A stretch of DNA of 64,000 nucleotides from Giardia intestinalis (GCA_000002435.2 CM018790.1); one strand, 5' to 3'; counted from the stretch's first letter, positions 10,619 through 20,550 are shown. Notes: generated by a model not told the origin, from the letters alone. Translations and numbers: made by a program.

Positions 10619-13615
10619 TCAGGAGGACTGGGCGAGGGATTGCACGAATTGAAAATCATCAGTGCTGACGCAGTAGTGGGTGCAGCTGCTTCCGTCTGCT
10701 GCGTGCAGATTACACTCTTGTTTATAAAGTATCTGAATACAATCCCGGTGGCTGTATTGGATTGCAAGCATCAGTGCAGTGATACCCTCTGGTGTCTGCA
10801 TGCCGCTCTCTTTGTCGCACAGGATTCTGACCACGGCAGTTTGACCTCGCTGGGCAGCCACCATCAGAGCCGTGCAACCGACCTTGTCGACACACTTTGC
10901 CTCATAGTCAGCTAGAACAGCAACCGACTCGGCTGCTCCGTGTTCTGCGGCAATTATCATGGCTGTGGCTCCGGTGTACCTGTCCCGGCGCATCCCTGCT
11001 TCCTTTGGGGCCAAAAGCCTGACAACCTCGCTCTGATTATTTAGTGCTGCGTACATCAGGGCTGTCCATTGGTCTTCAGACATTTTCCCAGCCTCGTAGT
11101 CCAACAAGAGCTGCACAGTCTCTACGTGCCCCTTTTGACTTGCATACATGAGGGCAGTCACCGTGTTGCGTGCCGGTATCCCCGCCTCCTTTGATAATAG
11201 TAGCTTCACTATCTCGTGATAATTAGAGCGCGCGGCAAGAAGGAGGGCGGAGTGGCCCTTGAGGTGGAATAGACCTGCTTCTTTTGGGGCCAGGATTCGC
11301 GCAGCCTCCAAAAAACCACTATTGGCCGCAAGCAGCAAAGCAGTCGTACCGTCGTCTTTCTGCATACCAGCCTCATAAGGTTCCAAAAGCTCGACAACGG
11401 AGGCGTGTCCTTTCTGAGCCGCCATCATCAGCGCAGTCCATCCGCCCTGCTTGACTCGCTTTGCCTGGAACAAGAGCTTTCTCACTAGGCCTATGTTTCC
11501 GTGGCTGGCAGCATTCATAAGCGGCGTCTGAATTCCCTGCTTAAGGAGCTTCCCCTCAGCCTCAATGAGGCGCGTAGCTATTCCTTCATTGTTATGGAAG
11601 GTTGCCAGTATTAGCGCTGTTATCCCGTTATCCCGCTGATGCCCTGCCTCAATGTCTAGAAGCCCCTCTGCAACAGAAAAATTCTTGGCCTCCAAAGCCA
11701 GCATCAGAGCGGTAGCTCCAGCTTGCTTTCCAGATTGGACGGACATGCCACCCTCTAGTGGGGCTAGTATCTTAAGTACGTCTATGTGTCCTTTGGTAAT
11801 GGGGCTTTGTTGGGCGAGGATCATTAGGGCGGTAAAACCTTCGTTGTTGTAGCACTTCAATTGGCTCATAGCCGTCTTGACTCCAGCAACGTCACCGTTC
11901 TTTGCTGCTTCCATGAGGGTCGTAACTCCATTGTCATCGACAAGCAGCTGTTGCCGAGATGAGCTCCCAACGGACTGACGTGGAGAGGCATTTGATGCGA
12001 GGACGGACGAAGCAGATAGCTCATGTGTTAGTGCTGGAACATGCTCAACAGACGCTCTGAGCGCTATGTCTTGCGGGGATATTGGAGATTGCGTTTGTAC
12101 GCGCGATGCAACAATAAAGTGTGGCGAATGTGTAGATGCCTCTTGCTGCTCCTTTTCGCCTGAGAGACTGCTACGACCAGTAGGAGCATTCGCTCGAGCA
12201 GTTCTGAATGACTTTTGGTCCACTTCCCACGTCGAGGGTGCACCAAGCGCCTGCATTTGTTGGGGCTTGTGCGGCGTTGTATTTCTATTCCGGCTAGTAC
12301 GGCTGGAGATGCTTCGAACAGATTGCATCAATGAGGTAACAATTGGCTCGATAGATGGCCGCGCTAATTGTCTCTGTTGAATGGGGAACCATACATAAAT
12401 TTCCTTATCGCACGTGGATTTCTGAGCTCCTGGCATCCCACCGGCACGCAACTCATCGATTGTTTTTCTAGCAAGATCCAGCGCAGCTTCTAGACTCTTA
12501 ATTTTTTGTTCATATTCCATATTCAATCGGTCCTTATCTGATCGTGTACCTAATATATTTCGCTGCAATTGCGCAAATAGATTAGTTCCTTCTCTAAATG
12601 ATTCAGACATTGCATCTGAGTAACGCTTCAGCTCTAGTTGAGTTTGCCTCACTGATTCCCTGACCTTCTTGAGCTCATCTACTACTAAATCCCAAGCAAT
12701 ACTACGGGCAGCGCTCTGTTCTACGAGAACAGTTATAACTTTGACAAGGTCTTCTGGAGAGGCAATGGAAGTGGGGGTGATAGTGTATGGTAATTTGCTC
12801 AGTTCCAACTGGATTTGCCTGAGTATGGAGCCCAGGGCACAGTCCGTTGTTTGCTGGCGTGCATATTCATCTGCAATTGTGGACTTGAGCTTGTCCTCCT
12901 GCTCTTCAAAGTATGCTATCTTCTCCTGAAGCTTCTGTATGGTCTGCTCCTGCTCTCTATTGACTGCTATTATCCTGTCGAGATCGTTATTGATCATCTC
13001 CACGCACTCGTCATTGATGCTCGCACTGAGGCTTACGGAGGCAGAGTTGGTTTGACTAACAGGAGCACCTCTGCTTCCAGCTTCAGTCTTGAGATAAGAA
13101 CGCATCTCCACATTGTTAGTGACAGTCAGGGAGTAGTAGTATGCTGTTTGTATCTGCTTGGGAGTGAACTTATCGGACTCAATGAGAATTTGCAGGTTAC
13201 GTTGCTTGGAGCCCAAAATTGCATACTCAAGCGCTGTCTTCCAATAAACGTCGTTTTCATTACCGAGATACGCAAGAAGCATTGTAACAAACACAGTATC
13301 GCAATCAGAGGCGGCTAGCATTAAGGCTGTCCGGCCATCAGATGTCGTTAAATCATATTCAAGTGGTGCCAGGCATTTCGCTACAGAGTAGTTCTGCGCC
13401 TGTACAGCCAGTAAAAGGGCCGTGGTGTTCGTTACTATCCTGGATTCAGCCTCCAACAAAAACGTGACAACGTCTAGCCGCCCGTACTTTGCTGCGCACA
13501 TGAGCGCAGTCATCTCTTGCTTGTTTTTCTGGCCCTTCATCATCTGGAAATTTTGCTTGATGAACTCGAGATCCCCCCGCTTGGCAGCTTTAAACCACTG
13601 CAGAGAGTCACCCAT
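10619..13615 (-). CDS. ankyrin-repeat protein with a central coiled coil, Giardia 'Protein 21.1'-like
   Basis: About 20 ANK repeats: TALMxAAxxGHxxxVxxLL motifs occur many times. The track start (GTG 13753) overlaps the upstream gene. The first in-frame ATG is at 13613-13615 (CAT verified), preceded by aaaatctaaaattaATG and lying 18 nt downstream of the neighbouring gene's stop. Stop TGA verified at 10619-10621. Confidence 0.85.
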   Translation of the reverse strand: MGDSLQWFKAAKRGDLEFIKQNFQMMKGQKNKQEMTALMCAAKYGRLDVVTFLLEAESRIVTNTTALLLAVQAQNYSVAKCLAPLEYDLTTSDGRTALMLAASDCDTVFVTMLLAYLGNENDVYWKTALEYAILGSKQRNLQILIESDKFTPKQIQTAYYYSLTVTNNVEMRSYLKTEAGSRGAPVSQTNSASVSLSASINDECVEMINNDLDRIIAVNREQEQTIQKLQEKIAYFEEQEDKLKSTIADEYARQQTTDCALGSILRQIQLELSKLPYTITPTSIASPEDLVKVITVLVEQSAARSIAWDLVVDELKKVRESVRQTQLELKRYSDAMSESFREGTNLFAQLQRNILGTRSDKDRLNMEYEQKIKSLEAALDLARKTIDELRAGGMPGAQKSTCDKEIYVWFPIQQRQLARPSIEPIVTSLMQSVRSISSRTSRNRNTTPHKPQQMQALGAPSTWEVDQKSFRTARANAPTGRSSLSGEKEQQEASTHSPHFIVASRVQTQSPISPQDIALRASVEHVPALTHELSASSVLASNASPRQSVGSSSRQQLLVDDNGVTTLMEAAKNGDVAGVKTAMSQLKCYNNEGFTALMILAQQSPITKGHIDVLKILAPLEGGMSVQSGKQAGATALMLALEAKNFSVAEGLLDIEAGHQRDNGITALILATFHNNEGIATRLIEAEGKLLKQGIQTPLMNAASHGNIGLVRKLLFQAKRVKQGGWTALMMAAQKGHASVVELLEPYEAGMQKDDGTTALLLAANSGFLEAARILAPKEAGLFHLKGHSALLLAARSNYHEIVKLLLSKEAGIPARNTVTALMYASQKGHVETVQLLLDYEAGKMSEDQWTALMYAALNNQSEVVRLLAPKEAGMRRDRYTGATAMIIAAEHGAAESVAVLADYEAKCVDKVGCTALMVAAQRGQTAVVRILCDKESGMQTPEGITALMLAIQYSHRDCIQILYKQECNLHAADGSSCTHYCVSTDDFQFVQSLAQSS

Positions 13616-13632
13616 TAATTTTAGATTTTCGG

Positions 13633-16600
13633 TTACATTCTTGTCATAGAGCCAACTTTCGCTGTCAGGGGACGGATGTTGACGACAATATCTTTTTCGA
13701 TAGTGCTGGGCAGACGCAATTTTCCGGCGCTGCTGACACGAAATCCGCGGCACGGTATGAACCGTTCTGCCTCGTCACGAAGAGTCCCACGAACATCATA
13801 CGGATCCTTAATGATGCGGTCCGGTGATTGAACTGCAAGGGGCTTGGCCATGATAGAAATCGGCTCTAGGCCTAGATCAGCCTTTTGTAGAAGCAAAGAT
13901 GCGCCGGAGTCATCTGCTTCGTTATCTGCGGCCACAGCTGTAATCTTGGAGATAGACTCGCGTGCAGAAGATGCTATGGCACTCCGAGGTCTCTTTGAGA
14001 GAAGGGATTTGGAGGCAGCCGGGCTTGTAACTATGGAGCTGGTAACAGATTGGCGGCCATATCTATCGCGAGTTGTTTGCTTCGGTGTGTTTACCGATGC
14101 CTTACGTGTTATGCTTATCACCATATTTCTTGTGGCCGGAGAAGGAACTGCTACTACCATGTCGTCAACTGATCTGAAGAGAGCCGAGCCACCATAATAA
14201 GGACGAGCATCACCATGTGAGCTGCTTGCTAAAAGCTCCTGATTCTGGCGACCAATCCGTACATCTGCCACCTTCATCAATTTGCCTGGTCGTGATGTTC
14301 CCGAGTCTGGCCTTCCAGGAAGTGTCTCAGATAGCTTCCTAGTAGAAACAGGTGTAACACGCATGGAGGAGGAAGCGTCATTGGTTGTCTTCAGCGCAAC
14401 AGGACGTTCAGGATGAAGGGTACGTGTCCTTATTCTTGCACTGCTCCCTATGCGTACCATTTGTGCTTCATAAGTAGCCTTGGAGGACAATAACCGAGGT
14501 TGCTGGTTTGTCGTGCCGCCAAACCCAGATGATATGAACGTACTGCCCCTCGGATTGCCCACTGCTCGAATTGCTTGAGGCTCTGACACATCACTGATAG
14601 CACTACAACTATTTTGTGGCTCTACAAATCCACTGATTGATTCGCTAAGGGGCTCACTCTGCACCGCTGAAGGGACTCTGCTTGCTTTCTGCTTAGGTTT
14701 TTCTAGAAGCAGAGAGGCCTTTTCAAGCTTCTCATTGTACCTAGAAGTATTCCGTGGCAACAGATTATCCCGAGAAGATTCTAGTCTTGCTTTGCTGTAC
14801 CCGAGCTTGGCTAAGTTTTCGGCTGTTGTGCTATTAACAGATGTAATTTGTTCGACTAGCTTTGAAATGGCAGCAGATCTTATCCGAGTTGGACGACTTG
14901 CCATTTTAGAAGTTGTCGATTGCACAGCTGATGCACTGAGCATGGATCCATGAGAGTGTTTAGACTCTAGGTTGTGTGCCGACTCCGATAGTGCTGTCTT
15001 TCCTCTAGATACCGACAAGTGATCTGCTCTTGATGGTGTACCACTGAAGGAGGTGTAGAGCTCTATGTTAGAACTCTTCATGCTACTCTTCTCTGGGGTC
15101 TGGACCACGTCCAGTTGATCTAGCGTGCCTGATTTGTCCAAGTCTTGCGTTAACAACAGAGATTTGGTGCAGCTTGCTACGTGATTAAACTGATCCTTGA
15201 CGGCTTCAAATTGGATTGGAAGGGTGCCATTAGTACATAATTGTCTAGATGCAGAAATGTCGGTAACAATAGAGTGGTTGAGTGCAGATAAGCCTAAGCT
15301 ATTATTGTCCTGGTCTGCCCTAAAAGTGTAAGATATGGAGGTTGAGGAAAGAAATTGTCTGGGTGTGAACCTCTCAAACTTGTTGTAAGGTTTCTGTTTT
15401 TTCTGCTGGGAATCGGATTTCGTGGATTGAGACACCGCAGACGTAGCTAATGCACTTGTGTAACTGCCAGTACGTTTGTGACCTTGTTCTGTACTGGCAA
15501 CAGAGGATCCTTGGCCGGCAAACATGCGCCAGTTCCAGCTTACTGCCTTATCCAGTTGTCTACACTCATTGGAAGCAGTCTCATATCTCTCTTCATTATC
15601 ATCGAGTACCGTGTCTGCCCATTTCACCTCCGATCCTTTGCCCTCACGTGAGTTATTCTCTATGGCCTTTTCTTCTTGGGACCTTCCACTCATGGAGCAG
15701 GTCTTTCTAGGGACGGTGGGATAGCTATCAAGATGCACGCTTCTTTTTTGTGCTGCGTCTATTGTGAGCTTCTTGTAGTTTGCTAAGATGACATCTTTCT
15801 CTCCCGTTGGGTCTATCCCCAATTCACCTTCTTCTAATATGGGGAAATTTGCATCCAGCTCGTAATCGTCCAAAACCATCTTTGCTTCATAATCGACTGG
15901 CAGTTCTGACAGCTGATCTTTATTCACTGATGCCTGCAAGCTGGTATTGAGCCTTTTGGCTTCTTTGAGAAGCTTATCAATGTGAGCAAGTTCCTTGATC
16001 TCTGATGGCTTGGTGCTCAGCTCTAACTCTCGATACGAATCAAGCATATGATAATTTGCATGTGTGGCTAAGTTGATGCTACTATGTACATCCTCATATA
16101 ACTCTGGGTGTTCTAAATCTATTACATGAACGACTGTTTGTCGGGGCTCAAGGGGGTACAATGGGCTTTCAGGATGGCTGATGTCAACGCATGGCTTTTG
16201 GGTGTCACTGCGTGAAACAGCAACCCGCTCCACGCCTTTCAGTGCCGCCATATCTGTTAAATTTGATGAGTCATCAGAACCGTGAACCTTAGGGCATTGA
16301 GCATGCTCAATCATAGTACTGAAGTCACCTGGTCGCGGAGTCTCTTGTCGTGAATACAGGGTTTCCATGGTTGGCGTCGCCGCCCGATCATCAGTTTTAT
16401 CAGTATCTATTTCTATATAATTGGCAAGAGTGTCGGACTCATCAGCTGGGAGCCTGGGCTTTTTGTTCATGGCAGCCGCAATGGCTTCGTCGAGGCGCTT
16501 TTGAAGGGGTATCACGGCAGTGTCTATAAAAGTCTGCGGTGGTAGATCTTCGAAATCCGCAGGAATATTCAACGATGAGCGAGGCTTGGCCGCCAGAGCA

Positions 16601-19326
16601 GAAAGAGACGCTTGCTGAGAAAGCTCTTGCTTGACTGTTTCTCTAAAGTCGTGCATACGTTCATACAGGCTTTGATCTCTTGACGTCCTGTCTGTATTAG
16701 AGGTCCGTCGTGCTGAGCTATCCTTCTGTCCGCTTCCTCTCCGCAATACGATTTTGTCACGCTGGCTTAAGTCATCACTGTACATGCTGGGCTCTCCAGC
16801 CAGTGATCCCAACAGATCCGCCGACTGTTCAAGGTGCTTTACCATGTCCATGCGAGGAATCACGAGCGATGTCTCCAAATCACTCCGTTGCAGCTGAGAA
16901 TTGATAAGACACGAGATGCTCTGCACATTGCTGGACTCTTCTGGTAGATCAACGACATCCTCCATGTCTTCCTTCTTGCCGGAGTACTCTAAACTGCCGT
17001 GTATGGGATATGCATCTAGTTGAGAACATTGCGGCGGAGTTGGATGCGCAAGCGTCTGGAGCCTCTCTTCTATGTCCTGGACATTTCTAACGTTCTGCTC
17101 TGCAGGCGCTATGGCCTCCGAAGATTCGTCAAGGAGCTGCTCTGCTGGTTGCTTCTGAAGATGCTGGTTAGTAGTGTATGGTACAGTAGCCTTGACAGTC
17201 ATCAACGGAGCAGAGTTTTCAGTAGAGAACGAGCTTTTATCTATGGCGAACCCGCTATAAACCTTCTTTAAGTCCACAATATGCTCTGAGATAGAGGTAG
17301 CTTTAATGTCTCTCTCACCCAGTTCCTTGTTCCTGCTGGCAATGGCACGCTGGTAAGAAGTAATGACTGATCCCTTAAATCCCTGGCGTTCGGGGACTAT
17401 AACCCTACGATCTAATCTGCTAACGGAATCAGTAACAGTGTCCAGTTGCTCGCTGTGGCAAATATCAGAAGCTGATCTAACCAGTTCCCTCACTGCACCC
17501 AGGTTATCAGTTTGAGGAGTGGGTACAGGACGCCCTGTTGAATGAGGCGTTCGCCAGATACGTCTTACTTCTATTGGGCCTTCGCTAATATCAAGAGTTG
17601 AATGACTAGCAGCGACATGCGTTGTCCGTGGCTGAAATGATGCGGGAAATTTCTTATCACTGTGCAATATTTGGCGAAAGTTGGACTCTTCAGAAACTGT
17701 AATTGCAGGTGCAGGTGCATTTCTCTGATCTTGGGATTGAACCTTAGAACGGGGTTTTTGATGAGGCTTAGACCTGGTAGCGCTTCGGGAAGCTGAAAGT
17801 TTTGTAAGGCTTGCGTTGAGGCTGCTTTCTATGGCAGATGATTGCGTACTGTGTTGAGAGCATATGGTTTCGAAGATTTCTTCGTCTAGTATAACCTCAC
17901 CGTGATCCTCTGCTGTGTCGTTTGCAAGAGTAGACATGGACACATTCTGACTCTGCTTATCAAGACGAGCTTCTGTTGAAACACGAGAAGGTGTCTTTTT
18001 CTTCCCAATAACTGCATAGATATTTCCCTCTGAGTCAATGCTTAATTCATCCGTTGTGGAGGTCAAGCGTTCTGACTTAGCATGGGAATAGCTGGAATCC
18101 CTGGAGCCTGTAGCAGAGCTGTATTTCTTCTCAAGAGCATCGTTATTACAGGGCACATAAGCGTGGTGTGTCACTGGCATCAAGGAAGGAGCAGTATGAG
18201 TCTTTGAATGGATTGAATTGCCGGTTGGATCATCGTCTGACTTGAGAGCAACCATATCCACATGCACAGTATCATGTTGCGATGGCTCCTGGTCTAGCAT
18301 AGTTTTGGATTCCGGTTTAACTATATTCTCGTCTTGCTGGATGGCTGAAGCGGCCACGGTATCAGTGAAGGGTTGAACACTTAAATTCATTGGTTGTTCG
18401 CAACTAATAGTGACAGGATGATGTCCTTGAGTAATGCTGTTATATGTATCGCCAAAGCAACACCTACTTTGTGTCCAGTTGGTTGTAAATTCATGAAGCC
18501 TGTCTTGAAGGTCTCGCACACTAGTGATACTTGTTCGACGCATGGATGCTGGCCTGGAAGTTGTTTTGCCGTGCTGGATGGGAAGGCTTGTGTTGTGTGG
18601 AGAAAGAAGCCCGCGGGTTGGTATGGAATGCGCAGAGGCAGGCCGCCTGCGCCTATATCTAGAAAGTACATCCTCAGTCATGCCGTGGGTTGCTGCCTCC
18701 AGGTCCATGCCCCTGTTGATGAAGTTAATGGACTCATTGAGCTCTTTCTGGGCCTTTTCATTGCTGAATAGACTGAAGTCGACCCTCATATTAGAGTCTA
18801 ACAAGTCGCGCTGGGCCTCTGGAAGAAGCTCATAGAAATTGTTGTTTCGCAACAGCTGCATGTCTCTAATAGTATACTTTCCCATGGTATTGTCAAGTCC
18901 GGTGCCAGCGCTTACTGGTCGCTTTCGCACCAAGTGCTCTAGCCTCCGGTACGTTTCACTTGACTTGTCGTTGACGCCGTCCTTGAGAAGGAGCTGCCCA
19001 TCCTTATCTATTAGAGATGCTCGTATGAACTTTAGGTCATCAACCATCGTCTCTGTGTCTAGAGTGTTTTGATCTGCATCCCCCATCTCCTTGTAGTCGT
19101 TTCTGGAAGAGCCTAGGGGCTTTGCTGATCCAGGCCGCTTGACTAATGTTCCTGGATGTGCGTTGCTGGAGCGGGATATCATTGCATTGCGTTGCAGGTT
19201 GACCTGGCTCAGCAGAGAACTATGCATAAACTGTGATGCTTCTGCTTCGGTCAAAAAGTCCCCTTGGTAGTACACGTGTATATTGCTCAACATGTTTGGA
19301 GAGGGGATAAGGTGCTGGGATCGCAT
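13633..19326 (-). CDS. giant (≈1,900 aa) Ser/Thr-rich low-complexity protein, hypothetical
   Basis: The track start at 19353 is TTG. The first in-frame ATG is at 19324-19326 (verified). Stop TAA at 13633-13635 verified. Composition is dominated by S, T, P, Q, D with no recognisable domain. Confidence 0.7.
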   Translation of the reverse strand: MRSQHLIPSPNMLSNIHVYYQGDFLTEAEASQFMHSSLLSQVNLQRNAMISRSSNAHPGTLVKRPGSAKPLGSSRNDYKEMGDADQNTLDTETMVDDLKFIRASLIDKDGQLLLKDGVNDKSSETYRRLEHLVRKRPVSAGTGLDNTMGKYTIRDMQLLRNNNFYELLPEAQRDLLDSNMRVDFSLFSNEKAQKELNESINFINRGMDLEAATHGMTEDVLSRYRRRRPASAHSIPTRGLLSPHNTSLPIQHGKTTSRPASMRRTSITSVRDLQDRLHEFTTNWTQSRCCFGDTYNSITQGHHPVTISCEQPMNLSVQPFTDTVAASAIQQDENIVKPESKTMLDQEPSQHDTVHVDMVALKSDDDPTGNSIHSKTHTAPSLMPVTHHAYVPCNNDALEKKYSSATGSRDSSYSHAKSERLTSTTDELSIDSEGNIYAVIGKKKTPSRVSTEARLDKQSQNVSMSTLANDTAEDHGEVILDEEIFETICSQHSTQSSAIESSLNASLTKLSASRSATRSKPHQKPRSKVQSQDQRNAPAPAITVSEESNFRQILHSDKKFPASFQPRTTHVAASHSTLDISEGPIEVRRIWRTPHSTGRPVPTPQTDNLGAVRELVRSASDICHSEQLDTVTDSVSRLDRRVIVPERQGFKGSVITSYQRAIASRNKELGERDIKATSISEHIVDLKKVYSGFAIDKSSFSTENSAPLMTVKATVPYTTNQHLQKQPAEQLLDESSEAIAPAEQNVRNVQDIEERLQTLAHPTPPQCSQLDAYPIHGSLEYSGKKEDMEDVVDLPEESSNVQSISCLINSQLQRSDLETSLVIPRMDMVKHLEQSADLLGSLAGEPSMYSDDLSQRDKIVLRRGSGQKDSSARRTSNTDRTSRDQSLYERMHDFRETVKQELSQQASLSALAAKPRSSLNIPADFEDLPPQTFIDTAVIPLQKRLDEAIAAAMNKKPRLPADESDTLANYIEIDTDKTDDRAATPTMETLYSRQETPRPGDFSTMIEHAQCPKVHGSDDSSNLTDMAALKGVERVAVSRSDTQKPCVDISHPESPLYPLEPRQTVVHVIDLEHPELYEDVHSSINLATHANYHMLDSYRELELSTKPSEIKELAHIDKLLKEAKRLNTSLQASVNKDQLSELPVDYEAKMVLDDYELDANFPILEEGELGIDPTGEKDVILANYKKLTIDAAQKRSVHLDSYPTVPRKTCSMSGRSQEEKAIENNSREGKGSEVKWADTVLDDNEERYETASNECRQLDKAVSWNWRMFAGQGSSVASTEQGHKRTGSYTSALATSAVSQSTKSDSQQKKQKPYNKFERFTPRQFLSSTSISYTFRADQDNNSLGLSALNHSIVTDISASRQLCTNGTLPIQFEAVKDQFNHVASCTKSLLLTQDLDKSGTLDQLDVVQTPEKSSMKSSNIELYTSFSGTPSRADHLSVSRGKTALSESAHNLESKHSHGSMLSASAVQSTTSKMASRPTRIRSAAISKLVEQITSVNSTTAENLAKLGYSKARLESSRDNLLPRNTSRYNEKLEKASLLLEKPKQKASRVPSAVQSEPLSESISGFVEPQNSCSAISDVSEPQAIRAVGNPRGSTFISSGFGGTTNQQPRLLSSKATYEAQMVRIGSSARIRTRTLHPERPVALKTTNDASSSMRVTPVSTRKLSETLPGRPDSGTSRPGKLMKVADVRIGRQNQELLASSSHGDARPYYGGSALFRSVDDMVVAVPSPATRNMVISITRKASVNTPKQTTRDRYGRQSVTSSIVTSPAASKSLLSKRPRSAIASSARESISKITAVAADNEADDSGASLLLQKADLGLEPISIMAKPLAVQSPDRIIKDPYDVRGTLRDEAERFIPCRGFRVSSAGKLRLPSTIEKDIVVNIRPLTAKVGSMTRM

Positions 19327-19844
19327 CAAGGAGGAATTTCGATGATCTAGCAATTTTTGAGTGATGATTCACTTCGCCGTCGGCTGGCTCCAGCGCTATG
19401 CTACCGGGCCTCCACATGCAGGCCTGGCCCAGGAGTCACACGAATGAGCTCACTGCTGGCCATGTTCAGAGCCAGAAGAGCCGGTGCTTGACTTCGAGGC
19501 CATCATTTGTAGGGAGAGGATCTGCCCCTGCATGCTTTCTTCCACCCACCCTCAGCTGGTGTGGTGGCATACCATTTGCATATGCACAGGGTGCTTGCAG
19601 AAGAGAAGGCGTCAGAGAAAAATGGCCCGACTGCGTACTGGGCCTCTTTTGGTCTCTATTCACAAGGGATCACAGGCAGGAAGTATAGGTCAGTTGCTAC
19701 GCATCCACTCGCGTACGTTATAGCACGATTCCAGTCGCAGAGGAAGACCTGCAATATTCACACTAGCTTCACCGTAACGGTGCAGTGCATAGAATGTAGT
19801 TGGGAAACTTGTGTTATCCACACTTGTATTTGATTGCGGAGTCA

Positions 19845-20531
19845 ATGTTTGCAGGGCTTATCTTCGCAAGCCTCGTTCTGCAGTTGGCTGCGGCGACACG
19901 GCCAGCAGAAAGGAGCAGATCTGACACCCCGTGCACGGAGTCGGGGAACGACACGTGCCAGACGTGCAGCGGAAGCGGCAGCAATGAGATCTGCCTCACG
20001 TGTAAGAACAACGATCACTTCCTGACGACAAACAAGAAGGGCTGCAAAGCCGCCTGCGACGCGACGGGGGAGATAGAGACCCCGGGCGCTAACCCGAAGG
20101 CCTGCAAGTGCGACGACGCCAGCGGGTACCAGCTCCAGGGCGACGGGACGTGCGCCAAGGGGCAGGACACCCCGTGCACGGAGTCGGGGAACGACACGTG
20201 CCAGACGTGCAGCGGAAGCGGCAGCAATGAGATCTGCCTCACGTGTAAGAACAACGATCACTTCCTGACGACAAACAAGAAGGGCTGCAAAGCCGCCTGC
20301 GACGCGACGGGGGAGATAGAGACCCCGGGCGCTAACCCGAAGGCCTGCAAGTGCGACGACGCCAGCGGGTACCAGCTCCAGGGCGACGGGACGTGCGCAG
20401 TTTCTAACACAAACAAGAGTAGCGGCCTTTCTACCGGTGCCATCGCAGGCATCGCTGTGGCCGCTGTTATTGTCGTGGGGGGCCTCGTCGGATTCCTTTG
20501 CTGGTGGTTCCTCTGCCGCGGTAAGGCGTAG
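19845..20531 (+). CDS. variant-specific surface protein (VSP), small (228 aa), containing two identical 81-aa repeats
   Basis: The track start (TTG 19800) is rejected. ATG at 19845 gives a signal peptide MFAGLIFASLVLQLAAA. Multiple CXXC motifs are present (CQTC, CLTC, CKC). C-terminal TM GAIAGIAVAAVIVVGGLVGFLCWWFL is followed by the VSP-defining tail CRGKA and stop TAG at 20529-20531. AGTAAAC follows 20 nt downstream. Confidence 0.85.
   Translation: MFAGLIFASLVLQLAAATRPAERSRSDTPCTESGNDTCQTCSGSGSNEICLTCKNNDHFLTTNKKGCKAACDATGEIETPGANPKACKCDDASGYQLQGDGTCAKGQDTPCTESGNDTCQTCSGSGSNEICLTCKNNDHFLTTNKKGCKAACDATGEIETPGANPKACKCDDASGYQLQGDGTCAVSNTNKSSGLSTGAIAGIAVAAVIVVGGLVGFLCWWFLCRGKA
19923..20408 (+). 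repeat. perfect tandem duplication, 2 x 243 bp, inside the VSP coding region
   Basis: gacaccccgtgcacggagtcgggg… begins at 19923 and again at 20166. The ~235 bp I compared by eye are identical. The period is 243 bp, a multiple of 3. This explains the mirror-image spurious minus-strand ORFs in the track. Confidence 0.9.
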
Positions 20532-20550
20532 ACTCAGCTGTGTACTTAGG

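Noticed and set aside
5745-19353. Numerous 60-170-aa antisense or out-of-frame ORFs inside the three giant genes (e.g. 6065..6370, 7363..7746, 12815..13318, 18394..18771)
   Set aside because: They are short, lie within long ORFs with coherent domain structure, and have no A/T-rich initiator context. This is typical random ORF noise in ~50% GC coding DNA.
19842-20452. Minus-strand ORFs of 64-139 aa inside the VSP gene (19842..20261, 20015..20254, 20258..20452) and the + ORF 19834..20025
   Set aside because: They are mirror-image by-products of the 243-bp perfect tandem repeat and GC-rich coding sequence. They fall fully inside a gene with strong independent support (signal peptide, CXXC motifs, TM helix, CRGKA tail).
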